Virus record (IMG/VR): IMGVR_UViG_3300047557_002951
Location: 95,557 to 159,556 of that record
From: a virus
Length of the DNA: 64,000 nucleotides
Strand: one strand, 5' to 3'
The notes below the pieces were generated by a model. That model did not search any database. It was not told the origin of the DNA and saw only the letters and a list, made by a program, of their open reading frames with translations. This document shows, piece by piece, positions 1-8,240 of the stretch. A program made the position numbers and the translations under genes. Positions within the stretch are counted from its first letter, which is position 1; every line of letters begins with the position of its first letter.

Positions 1-336
1 CTTCCTTCTGCCTGGTCTCTTGTCATAAAGATATTTTTCGGTATCGGTCAAAATTGAGTCCAGGTAGTTTCGAATTTTACGAGCAAAAGGTTTTGATAAG
101 TATCCATATGCTTCTCTTAATTGCTTATGAATTTCGTCCTGTCCTCCTTCCAAATATGTATCTAAATCTTCCACCAAGAGTTTTAAATTGATTGCAGTGG
201 AACTTTCAAGAAATTGTTTAGCTTCTGCTCTTTTAGCTTCTTTCCCTCTGAGGTACTGATAGAAATTCATGACAAATTTTTGCTCGGAGAAAGCATAGTC
301 AATTGCTTTTTCTACATCAAAACAATACTCTTCCAT
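1..336 (-). CDS. conserved cyanophage hypothetical protein (runs off window edge)
   Basis: Open frame from ATG at 336 (MEEYCFDVEKAIDYAFSEQKFVMNFYQYL...) with no stop before base 1. Confidence 0.7.
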   Translation of the reverse strand, partial: MEEYCFDVEKAIDYAFSEQKFVMNFYQYLRGKEAKRAEAKQFLESSTAINLKLLVEDLDTYLEGGQDEIHKQLREAYGYLSKPFARKIRNYLDSILTDTEKYLYDKRPGRRK

Positions 337-573
337 CTAGACAATTCCGTTTTCCTTTAGGTATTTTACTGTGTCTGTGCATCCACCTAGATGCAAATCA
401 TTCATAATAACCTGAGGAAAAGTAGAGCCATTACCAAATTCAGCATAAAAGTCATCTCTGGAAAAATGTTCTCCAAGAGTATAAACAACATAGTCAGATC
501 CGGCAAGATTCAAAACTTGCTTGATCTTTTCGCAATACGGACAACCGTTTTTTGAATATACAGTAAATTTCAT
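337..573 (-). CDS. nrdC: glutaredoxin (NrdC-like)
   Basis: CPYC active site, TFPQ cis-Pro motif, GGCTD; likely start MKFTVYSK. Confidence 0.92.
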   Translation of the reverse strand: MKFTVYSKNGCPYCEKIKQVLNLAGSDYVVYTLGEHFSRDDFYAEFGNGSTFPQVIMNDLHLGGCTDTVKYLKENGIV

Positions 574-574
574 T

Positions 575-802
575 TTAATAATTTGTTGGGGTTTCTCGAA
601 CAGTAAGATTTCCTTTTCCTTCAAGGCTACGAACAAAGAGCTCTGTAAACCTTTCCATTTTCATATAATGAACTGATGCAGGATGTTCATTGATTGCATT
701 TTTAAGAACATTAAGTTCATTCCACTCATCGTCAGAAAGCATAGAGTTTTCAGTAACATCCATTACATTATAACACATTTCATTATTATGTATTGAAATC
801 AT
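575..802 (-). CDS. hypothetical protein
   Basis: ORF in tightly packed co-directional run; true start may be internal. Confidence 0.55.
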   Translation of the reverse strand: MISIHNNEMCYNVMDVTENSMLSDDEWNELNVLKNAINEHPASVHYMKMERFTELFVRSLEGKGNLTVRETPTNY

Positions 803-821
803 AACTTTATCTTAAGATTTC

Positions 822-1061
822 TCAGAACAATCCACCAAAAAATGAAGACCCACCATTTCCGTCTTTCTTCATTTTATCGGTGATTTCTTCAATCTTATCT
901 GAAAATTCTTCAATCTTCATAATGCGATCGATACCAACTACAAGCTCTGAAATTGCATGAGCGATATTTGATTTTTCAGATCTTGCAGCATTAGCAAGTG
1001 CAGAACGAAGATAGCTTTGTGCTTCTTCGAGGTTTTCTTTTACATTCTTTGAGAGTGCCAT
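822..1061 (-). CDS. hypothetical protein
   Basis: GAGGAG RBS, sigma70-like promoter upstream. Confidence 0.7.
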   Translation of the reverse strand: MALSKNVKENLEEAQSYLRSALANAARSEKSNIAHAISELVVGIDRIMKIEEFSDKIEEITDKMKKDGNGGSSFFGGLF

Positions 1062-1127
1062 GTGTGCTCCTCGATTACTTTACTATTTTAGCAGTTTGAT
1101 GGCTCAATGGTAGTGCGGATGACCGCC

Positions 1128-1706
1128 CTAAATCTTACGCAGTTCAAATGTACCATCTTTGCGGTCGATCCAGATCAGTTGATCATTTTCTTTCCAATTG
1201 ACTTGATCTAGAAGATCATCAGGAAGTTGAATGAAATAGTTGTCAATTCCTTCCTCAATTTGTTGCTGTACCGGAAGTAGCCATTTAGTTACTTTGTTGT
1301 GTTTAGGTTCTACTTTGCTACACATTTCATTCAATTGTTCTTCGGTATAACGAAGTGCTTCCATATCACTATGTCCCCAAGGAGGCATAAGATCTTCTAC
1401 CGTAGGTTCTTCGAATTTTTTATGTTCTTCGGGATAATAATTTTCTTCCCAAAAACTAGTCCAGGCTTTTTGGGATTCTGGCGATTTATCTTGCTGGTTA
1501 GAAACATGATCAACTCCATTGCCATTCAGAAGTGCCAGAAGTTCATAACAGTGTTCAGTCCGATTCTTATAAGTATAGTAATTATCTAGAACCACTGACT
1601 TAATGACATCATAAATTTCTTGTGGTGATGCTCCACTAGAGTTAATGGCATCTTCTACCCACTTTTCTAGATTTTCAAATGAATATTTTTTGTAATCAAA
1701 ACTCAT
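1128..1706 (-). CDS. hypothetical protein with C-terminal AbrB-like segment
   Basis: C-terminus FIQLPDDLLDQVNWKENDQLIW resembles SpoVT/AbrB-type motif; ATGA overlap with upstream gene. Confidence 0.6.
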   Translation of the reverse strand: MSFDYKKYSFENLEKWVEDAINSSGASPQEIYDVIKSVVLDNYYTYKNRTEHCYELLALLNGNGVDHVSNQQDKSPESQKAWTSFWEENYYPEEHKKFEEPTVEDLMPPWGHSDMEALRYTEEQLNEMCSKVEPKHNKVTKWLLPVQQQIEEGIDNYFIQLPDDLLDQVNWKENDQLIWIDRKDGTFELRKI

Positions 1707-1912
1707 GATTGATTCCCCAACATTTCAATTTTATTGTGAAGTTCATAAAGTTGATTTGATGTCTCTATTGATTCTATTTCTAAATCTTTAATTCGTTGGG
1801 CAAGATTCGCAACAATATCCATTACAGAATACTCAACTCCAGTAATTTCATCAGACATCTTGAAGTCGGTTTTTTCATAGTCCTGTATAAAACGATCAAT
1901 AAATTGTTTCAT
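1703..1912 (-). CDS. hypothetical coiled-coil protein
   Basis: 4-nt overlaps with both neighbours. Confidence 0.65.
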   Translation of the reverse strand: MKQFIDRFIQDYEKTDFKMSDEITGVEYSVMDIVANLAQRIKDLEIESIETSNQLYELHNKIEMLGNQS

Positions 1913-2193
1913 AATTTAATTTGACGAAAAGGAATGTTTAGTGTGTCTTCATATTTAAGTGGACATCCATCGGTAGATCCAAACTTTGCTACCCACTTAC
2001 GCAGAAGCATTCTAGCATACTCTGGACGGATTGAGAAGGCTTGAGTTCGTATTTGGAAGTATTCCGGTGACTTCTTAGGAAAATCTTCTGCTGAGGCCAG
2101 AATAGAGTATTCTAGTTCGTTTAAGGAAGTAAGAAAAGTGTTTTTGTTTTCTTCGGTTGGATTTTCGATTACAAGATCAATCAGTTCATACAT
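1909..2193 (-). CDS. hypothetical protein
   Basis: Translationally coupled ORF chain. Confidence 0.6.
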   Translation of the reverse strand: MYELIDLVIENPTEENKNTFLTSLNELEYSILASAEDFPKKSPEYFQIRTQAFSIRPEYARMLLRKWVAKFGSTDGCPLKYEDTLNIPFRQIKL

Positions 2194-2386
2194 AATGAAT
2201 CTTTTTCTGTGGATTGTTTAATTGCTTTTTGATAAATTTTGTTGCCGATTCTAGTGAATGGAATTTTACTATTTTTGGAAATACTTCCATTTCCATAAAA
2301 TTAAGCCATAAAAACCATTTCCTATATTGTGGGAAAAAGCAGACCTCACCACTAAGATCTGCTTCCTCTATAATTCGGTACTTCAT
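2186..2386 (-). CDS. hypothetical protein
   Basis: Translationally coupled ORF chain. Confidence 0.6.
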   Translation of the reverse strand: MKYRIIEEADLSGEVCFFPQYRKWFLWLNFMEMEVFPKIVKFHSLESATKFIKKQLNNPQKKIHYV

Positions 2387-2595
2387 TGTTGTTGGTAGAT
2401 GATTGGTTTATTGTACTCAATGTCATTCCAATGTCGCACCACTCCAGCAATAATGAAACAATTTGTAATGAGATAAGAAAGAAAGATTATGGTTCTAACA
2501 ATGGCGATCACATCAGATTCTCTATCACATTTTGATGCTTTCTCTCCAAGTGCTTTTGCCCACCATCGCCAGGCTGTATTACGCTTTAATTTCAT
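2383..2595 (-). CDS. small membrane protein
   Basis: WRWWAKALG motif plus one hydrophobic segment. Confidence 0.65.
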   Translation of the reverse strand: MKLKRNTAWRWWAKALGEKASKCDRESDVIAIVRTIIFLSYLITNCFIIAGVVRHWNDIEYNKPIIYQQQ

Positions 2596-2755
2596 TTGAT
2601 GCTCTTCCTAATTCCCAAGCAATATTCATCCACTCACGAAGTATTACATTTTTACGAAATGGGTCAGGACATTTTGCATCAGAAAAAAATCGTTCGGAAC
2701 GAAAGCTGTAACCTTCAAGTTCATCAAACCAATCTTCAAATGTTTTGTACTTCAT
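2579..2755 (-). CDS. hypothetical protein
   Basis: Coupled ORF; likely start MKYKTFEDW. Confidence 0.55.
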   Translation of the reverse strand: MKYKTFEDWFDELEGYSFRSERFFSDAKCPDPFRKNVILREWMNIAWELGRASNEIKA

Positions 2756-2999
2756 TGTTTCGTTTTCTTTCTTTTGTTTCACTAATTGTATAATCCTTTT
2801 TATTTAACTTATAGCGAGTAATGTATTTGTCTAAATGTTCCTGACAAACAAAGTAACAAACTTTTTCTTCCTTTCCGTCCTTATGAACAAGAGTCAGTGG
2901 AAAACACTCATGAAAAGATGGAGTCTCAATGACTATTTGTTCTTTTGGTGGCTGTCTCTTACTTTGTGGTTTTACTTTGACTGGCTTTTTCTTTTTCAT
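2736..2999 (-). CDS. hypothetical protein
   Basis: Basic N-terminus, coupled ORF. Confidence 0.6.
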   Translation of the reverse strand: MKKKKPVKVKPQSKRQPPKEQIVIETPSFHECFPLTLVHKDGKEEKVCYFVCQEHLDKYITRYKLNKKDYTISETKERKRNNEVQNI

Positions 3000-3125
3000 T
3001 TAGTACAGATTGATAATAACGATTATAAGCAAGAAACCGATTCATACTTGGAGTAACCCCCAATGATTCACAGCAACGAATATATGATAAAAATTCATAC
3101 CAAGGTGATGTTGAATCTGTGTCAC

Positions 3126-3341
3126 TCATAACTTATACTCAATCTCTCCAGAATAAGTAGATTGCTGCCCCCATCCTTCTTGAATGCCTTTTAGATAAAA
3201 CCGAGTGGCTTTAATACATTCTTCCTCAGTAAGGCTTGTAATCAATCCTTTATCATCTTTATCAAAACTCTTCCAAGTTCCCCATCGCGCCTTCTCAACA
3301 TAGAAGGTACCGTCATCAATCCAGTTCTTTTGATGTTCCAT
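3126..3341 (-). CDS. hypothetical protein
   Basis: ORF in coupled chain. Confidence 0.6.
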   Translation of the reverse strand: MEHQKNWIDDGTFYVEKARWGTWKSFDKDDKGLITSLTEEECIKATRFYLKGIQEGWGQQSTYSGEIEYKL

Positions 3342-3921
3342 AATACATCATATCCTCACGATAACGAGTAATCACAGCAGAAGCAAATTCAACAAAATTA
3401 TCCATATTAGCCTGTAGTTGATCTTCACTGCAATCAAAATTGTTTGTAATTCTTTCGATCATATCTTCACTTGGAAGCTGACACATCAGAAGAGAAAGAA
3501 CCGCAATTAGATAACATGCAGTATTGTGCGCAGGGCTGACATCTCTCATGGTAAGAATGACATCAAATGTGCTGGGAATTCCTTCTTCTTCGTCACCATC
3601 TTCATCTGCACCATAAGCAGCAATAGCACCCATACCACAAATCCAGATCAATTCAAAACACATAAAGTTTTGATCATCGGGAGAAATTAGAATTAGTTCT
3701 TCTTTTGTTGGAACTTTACCATTTCGGAGATCATCGACGATTTGATCTGGGACATCCTCAAGTTCAAAATCTGGTGGAATGCAATCCGCGAGATCATGAC
3801 GATACATCAGACAGCTTAAAAAATCATAAGTAAAATCAGTAATTTCTTCTCCTTCTTTTTTAATGTCATTAATTCTCGACTGAAGAGACTTCAGATCGAT
3901 CGAATTGGATTCGGTGCTCAT
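3316..3921 (-). CDS. acidic hypothetical protein
   Basis: 201 aa, D/E-rich, coupled to neighbours. Confidence 0.65.
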   Translation of the reverse strand: MSTESNSIDLKSLQSRINDIKKEGEEITDFTYDFLSCLMYRHDLADCIPPDFELEDVPDQIVDDLRNGKVPTKEELILISPDDQNFMCFELIWICGMGAIAAYGADEDGDEEEGIPSTFDVILTMRDVSPAHNTACYLIAVLSLLMCQLPSEDMIERITNNFDCSEDQLQANMDNFVEFASAVITRYREDMMYYGTSKELD

Positions 3922-4190
3922 TGCGTTTTCGATTCAGACTCCATACTAACATGAGACTCATGGGCTGTCAACTCCTCAAGCAGGTCTTGTGCCAGTTTTT
4001 CATATTTCCACTTCATAATCAAATTAGTTATTGGATTTCTTGGATGAAAACGAATCATCCAATAGAATCGTTCTAGTTTAATTTGAAATAATTTAAACAA
4101 TAAAACAATCGCATCGGATACATTTTTATCCACTACAATAGCATAACCCAAAATAGAAAAAATAAACAACAAAGAGTAATATAAACTCAT
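3918..4190 (-). CDS. membrane-anchored hypothetical protein
   Basis: N-terminal hydrophobic helix; ATGA overlaps. Confidence 0.65.
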   Translation of the reverse strand: MSLYYSLLFIFSILGYAIVVDKNVSDAIVLLFKLFQIKLERFYWMIRFHPRNPITNLIMKWKYEKLAQDLLEELTAHESHVSMESESKTQ

Positions 4191-4375
4191 AAGTTCGATT
4201 CTCCACTAATTGTGCGTCTTAAGTTCTGTAGATATTCAAGAACAAAATCTTGCCAAACAGTCAACTCAGAATCACATTCAAGTTTTTTTGCTCGCATTCT
4301 GATCTCATTGTGTGGAGTGCGGACATCTTCGATGAGGAGATCAATCGCCTCAAGTTGTTTATTTTTTGTTGTCAT
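4187..4375 (-). CDS. hypothetical protein
   Basis: Coupled ORF. Confidence 0.55.
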   Translation of the reverse strand: MTTKNKQLEAIDLLIEDVRTPHNEIRMRAKKLECDSELTVWQDFVLEYLQNLRRTISGESNL

Positions 4376-4531
4376 TTTGGATTAAAATCGGACAGCTTGG
4401 AATTACTTTTTTTATTTCTTTTTTTATTTCGATCTTTTGTGTTGGTGTCAACCCAATTACATTTTGCAATCGATTGAATATCTCAACTACTTGTGAGCAA
4501 CTTATAATTGCGATCGAAAAAATTTCCAACA

Positions 4532-4843
4532 TCAGTCTCTTCGCATTGAATCATCATCATTCTTAAAGAAATTATAAAGATCATCAACTGACATTGAAGA
4601 ATCTAGATGAGTAGATGGATCTGGATTTCCTAGATCCATGATCTGCATAAACTCATCCAAACTTCCGTCTTCTCCTTTTCCTTGTACCGCAACTCTTCGT
4701 GCCTTACGAATAATTCCAGCAGCAGATCGATTTGCTTTTGACCATTTTTCGGCAAAAATCATATCTTCTAAACTCACTTCTTCGCCATTTTCAATTCGAG
4801 TTGCAATCTGTTCTAGGCGAAGTCGTGTTTGCGTTGATAGCAT
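4532..4843 (-). CDS. conserved cyanophage hypothetical protein
   Basis: AGGAG RBS; TAAATA late-promoter-like element upstream. Confidence 0.7.
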   Translation of the reverse strand: MLSTQTRLRLEQIATRIENGEEVSLEDMIFAEKWSKANRSAAGIIRKARRVAVQGKGEDGSLDEFMQIMDLGNPDPSTHLDSSMSVDDLYNFFKNDDDSMRRD

Positions 4844-4865
4844 AATGTCTCCTAATAAACAATAT

Positions 4866-5087
4866 TTATTTGGTCTTCCTTGGCTTTCTTATCTTAGAAG
4901 TGGAAGAAGATGAGTCAATAAAGATGGTGCCAATTCCTGGTTTGGCTCGATGATTTTCAATAAATTTTTTTGCTTGTAATTCTGTATTAACAACTTCTAA
5001 CTGTTCATTGTTAAAAATGATCATTAGCTGTTTCTTTCCATAAGGAACAACAGCATAATGATCTTGTGTGATAAATCCTTTTTTCAT
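4866..5087 (-). CDS. hypothetical protein
   Basis: Coupled to the HNH gene. Confidence 0.6.
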   Translation of the reverse strand: MKKGFITQDHYAVVPYGKKQLMIIFNNEQLEVVNTELQAKKFIENHRAKPGIGTIFIDSSSSTSKIRKPRKTK

Positions 5088-5452
5088 AAAATATTTTTAC
5101 GAGGTCTATAGACTCTCAATTCTTGTTTGACTAATTGTGTTCTCCATTCTTCAATTCTATTAAATTTTTCTTCGGTATAAAATTCTTGTTTTGGATACCA
5201 ATCATAAAAGTTCTCATGCGCTTTAGATCTATTACAAGATTCACATGCACAAACTACATTTGTAATGTGATCGGTTCCACCTTTTGCTTGTGGTATGATA
5301 TGATCTATTGTTAGATTTTCCTCAGATTCACAATAAGCACATTTATGTTCCCATTTTTCTTTAATCGATTTTCTCCACAATCTTCTTGCTTCTGATGGAG
5401 ATGATGTTTCTAGGTTATAAAGATAGTCGTCTGATGAATTGTAAAGTTTCAT
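5084..5452 (-). CDS. HNH endonuclease
   Basis: CAYC...LTIDHIIPQAKGG...NVVCACESCNRSK. Confidence 0.9.
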   Translation of the reverse strand: MKLYNSSDDYLYNLETSSPSEARRLWRKSIKEKWEHKCAYCESEENLTIDHIIPQAKGGTDHITNVVCACESCNRSKAHENFYDWYPKQEFYTEEKFNRIEEWRTQLVKQELRVYRPRKNIL

Positions 5453-5544
5453 TCTTTAAATGGGAACTTATAATATCTATAGTTTCTTTAATCGTAATAT
5501 AGATGTAAATGAATTCTATATGATATGAAATATCTTGATCTCTT

Positions 5545-5742
5545 TTAAGAAATTTTTGAACTCTTTTTAGCACAAGCACTCCTCGCCCAAGCACGACTTA
5601 AACTATTTACATAAGAACAAGACTTTTGTTTTTTACCACAATGGGGACACATTTCATTCGGTGGATCTGAAATATATCCCTCAGGAGTATACATCTTCTT
5701 CTTTTTTTGGTTTTCTGATTGTTTTCTTTTCCTATGATTCAT
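5545..5742 (-). CDS. small basic Cys-containing protein
   Basis: CPHC motif. Confidence 0.55.
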   Translation of the reverse strand: MNHRKRKQSENQKKKKMYTPEGYISDPPNEMCPHCGKKQKSCSYVNSLSRAWARSACAKKSSKIS

Positions 5743-6011
5743 ACAATCACTGGTTCTTGTGATCCCTCTGGAAGTTTTTCTCGATGTGGATTAAGTTGAT
5801 CAACTTTACCCATAGGCAATCCAATTTGACCAGGAAGTTGTTTGTCTGTTGTAGATGTTATATCAATTACCTGATCCATAATAAAGCGATAACGACTATA
5901 AGATCTATTATGTGAATCAAATGAAACCATCATGATTGCATCATTAATATCTCCACAATGTGCAATGATTCTGCCACTTTTATTGTCCTTTACTACCCAA
6001 TATTCGTTCAT
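5739..6011 (-). CDS. hypothetical protein
   Basis: Likely start MNEYWVV; TTTACA-17-TATAAT promoter at 6031-6059. Confidence 0.6.
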   Translation of the reverse strand: MNEYWVVKDNKSGRIIAHCGDINDAIMMVSFDSHNRSYSRYRFIMDQVIDITSTTDKQLPGQIGLPMGKVDQLNPHREKLPEGSQEPVIV

Positions 6012-6318
6012 AAGTTTCAGTCTTTTTTTCATTATACAGCTCTTTTGGCTTTCTGTAAAGACCTGGCCATGTGTCTCTTATGATTTCAGCACATTTATAT
6101 GGTGTCTCTGATGTAATCATCTTCAAAGTCTAGATGGCGTGTGGTCAATATCTTTTAACATTTCCTCCAATAATGCACCATATTCTCTAAATCTTCTATC
6201 TCCCGCAATAAAACAACGCTGACGCATCCATACTGCATCTGCAAGAAGTTTTACTTGGTCTTCTGTGAATGTTATGGTTTTCATTTTAATATTGTAACTT
6301 TCTTATGTAGAAGAATAA

Positions 6319-6729
6319 TCAATCCCAAGAAATCTGACGAACCCAGAGATCTTTAGTAACTTCAGTAATAGCATATCCAGAAGGAAGTTTTGCGTCTTTA
6401 ACAACTCCAGCGGTTGGACTAGCAACTCGATACTGGTTCTTATATGCTGCTTGACGATCACTATCCCAGGTCATAAATCCTTGAGAACCAAACCAAGACT
6501 TAACAGTATAAGAAATCCCAGATTTATTTACTACTGCTTGAATAATTCGCTTATCTAAAAATCCTTGTTTGTTGCGAATATCAGTAATCTTACAGGTTGC
6601 CTTTTCAATCCAAGGATGATTCCTTTGTCCAAGATACCAACACATTTCAGTGTAAGTATAGGTTTTCTGCTGTGCGTTTGCAGCAAGCGGCGACAAAATC
6701 AGTGCCAGTGCAATCAATGCTTTTTTCAT
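6319..6729 (-). CDS. exported protein of unknown function
   Basis: Sec signal peptide MKKALIALALILSPLAANA. Confidence 0.7.
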   Translation of the reverse strand: MKKALIALALILSPLAANAQQKTYTYTEMCWYLGQRNHPWIEKATCKITDIRNKQGFLDKRIIQAVVNKSGISYTVKSWFGSQGFMTWDSDRQAAYKNQYRVASPTAGVVKDAKLPSGYAITEVTKDLWVRQISWD

Positions 6730-6808
6730 AGTTAAGGAAACTCTGTAAGTATTATAGGCGATATTTCAAGTTTATGAAAGAGGTCTGTGCCAATTTTTAA
6801 GGTGGCGG

Positions 6809-7474
6809 TTATTTCACAAAATACATACGACGACGATACTGCTCACCAGGGCAGTTTTCTAAATGCTCAATCTCTTCATCTGGTAGGAAGTTGACTCCAC
6901 CAAGTAGTTTAGCACCAATAAAGATTTCTGCAGACTTCTCACACATCAAAGTAGCAGCAGCACAATCCTTTTGATAAGGTGATGCTGTAATGATACCATG
7001 ATTCTCTAGAAGAATCAACTTAGGAAAGTATCTGTAGTGGTCTACAAACTCGCCAACATACTTGTCTACATTCTGAAGTAGACGAGCACCAGGAGGAGCA
7101 TAAGGAACCAGGCAGGACAGAACACCGTTTCTTACGATTTGGTCTGGGAACCAACGCTGCGTAGCAAAGTCATTGACCGCAGGAGAGCAGAGTATCTGTG
7201 TAGTCTTTGGTGGGTGTGTATGAGCAATATAGTTAATCTCTGGGAAGTGCTTCATAATCCAAGCATGAAAGAGCACTTCAATACTTGGTTTCTTTTGATT
7301 TGGATTTAGTTGTTGAGCATCAGTATTCACCAGAACTAAATCATCTTCTGATAGTGTATGAAGACTTGTACCACTTGCTTTGATTAAAAAAGTATCCTCT
7401 GTTTTTCTTTCTGATACATTACCTTCACCACAGATAGTATAGTCAGCAATTGTGTGTGCTAAGTCTAAAAGCAT
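6809..7474 (-). CDS. class II aldolase/adducin family protein
   Basis: EGNVS, IKASG, PSIE..FH, HTHP and LENHG zinc-binding motifs. Confidence 0.88.
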   Translation of the reverse strand: MLLDLAHTIADYTICGEGNVSERKTEDTFLIKASGTSLHTLSEDDLVLVNTDAQQLNPNQKKPSIEVLFHAWIMKHFPEINYIAHTHPPKTTQILCSPAVNDFATQRWFPDQIVRNGVLSCLVPYAPPGARLLQNVDKYVGEFVDHYRYFPKLILLENHGIITASPYQKDCAAATLMCEKSAEIFIGAKLLGGVNFLPDEEIEHLENCPGEQYRRRMYFVK

Positions 7475-7631
7475 CGTTAAGTATTGTAAAAAATTATTTA
7501 GAAATTGTACCAGATATTCAAAAGGTTTTGTTTTGATTTCTACAAATACTTAATAATGGTAATGGTCTGTGAGTGATATGAGAGTCATAAAGAAACCGAA
7601 TGCTATGAAGAATATTAGAATTGGGAGCATT

Positions 7632-8153
7632 TTATTGGTGCTTTTGTAGGTATTTAACGGCATTGCTTAATGTGCTGATATTATCACCGACCAATCCTAA
7701 CATTCTATTACAATTGCTACAAAGTAATCCACGCACCTTTCCAGTATTATGGTCGTGGTCCACATAAAGATTTTTACTATCTTTTCTACCATTAGTATTT
7801 GGATTTAGACAAATAGCGCATACTTCATTCTGCTCTTGTAATACACTTTTATACTGCTCTAAACCAAAGTCTTCTCCATAAGTATATTTTAACATATAGT
7901 CTTTCTTATCATCATAAGAAGGTCTCTTATCTTTATAGTCTTTACTATAACAATCTTTACACCTTTTATGACCTTTATAATACTCATCAATAAGTTTTTC
8001 TACACCACATTTATTGCAGACAATATGAGTTTTACTTGCCCAGTTTTCAGCATAAGTTTTCTCTTCACACCTCATACACCTTCTACGACCTTCTCTAAAA
8101 TCAGAGGAGGGAAGTTCTTGTGTGCAGGTTCTACAAATCTTCGTGGTTCTCAT
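7632..8153 (-). CDS. free-standing endonuclease VII-fold homing endonuclease (F-CphI-like)
   Basis: CAIC...VDHDHNTGKVRGLLCSNCNRMLG; N-terminal CxxC repeats; directly downstream of psbA; TATAAATA late promoter at about 8175-8182. Confidence 0.85.
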   Translation of the reverse strand: MRTTKICRTCTQELPSSDFREGRRRCMRCEEKTYAENWASKTHIVCNKCGVEKLIDEYYKGHKRCKDCYSKDYKDKRPSYDDKKDYMLKYTYGEDFGLEQYKSVLQEQNEVCAICLNPNTNGRKDSKNLYVDHDHNTGKVRGLLCSNCNRMLGLVGDNISTLSNAVKYLQKHQ

Positions 8154-8205
8154 TATGGCGTTTAAACTTTTAACTATTTATAAAATATTAAACTCCATTA
8201 TAGCA

Positions 8206-8233
8206 TAAAAAAAGAGACCCGTAAAGGGTCTCT
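8206..8233 (-). terminator. rho-independent terminator after psbA
   Basis: AGAGACCC-TTTAC-GGGTCTCT followed by a T-run. Confidence 0.85.
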
Positions 8234-8240
8234 AATTTCA

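Noticed and set aside
3316-3921. Acidic protein as an Ocr-like DNA mimic
   Set aside because: Only composition supports it; no motif or context evidence
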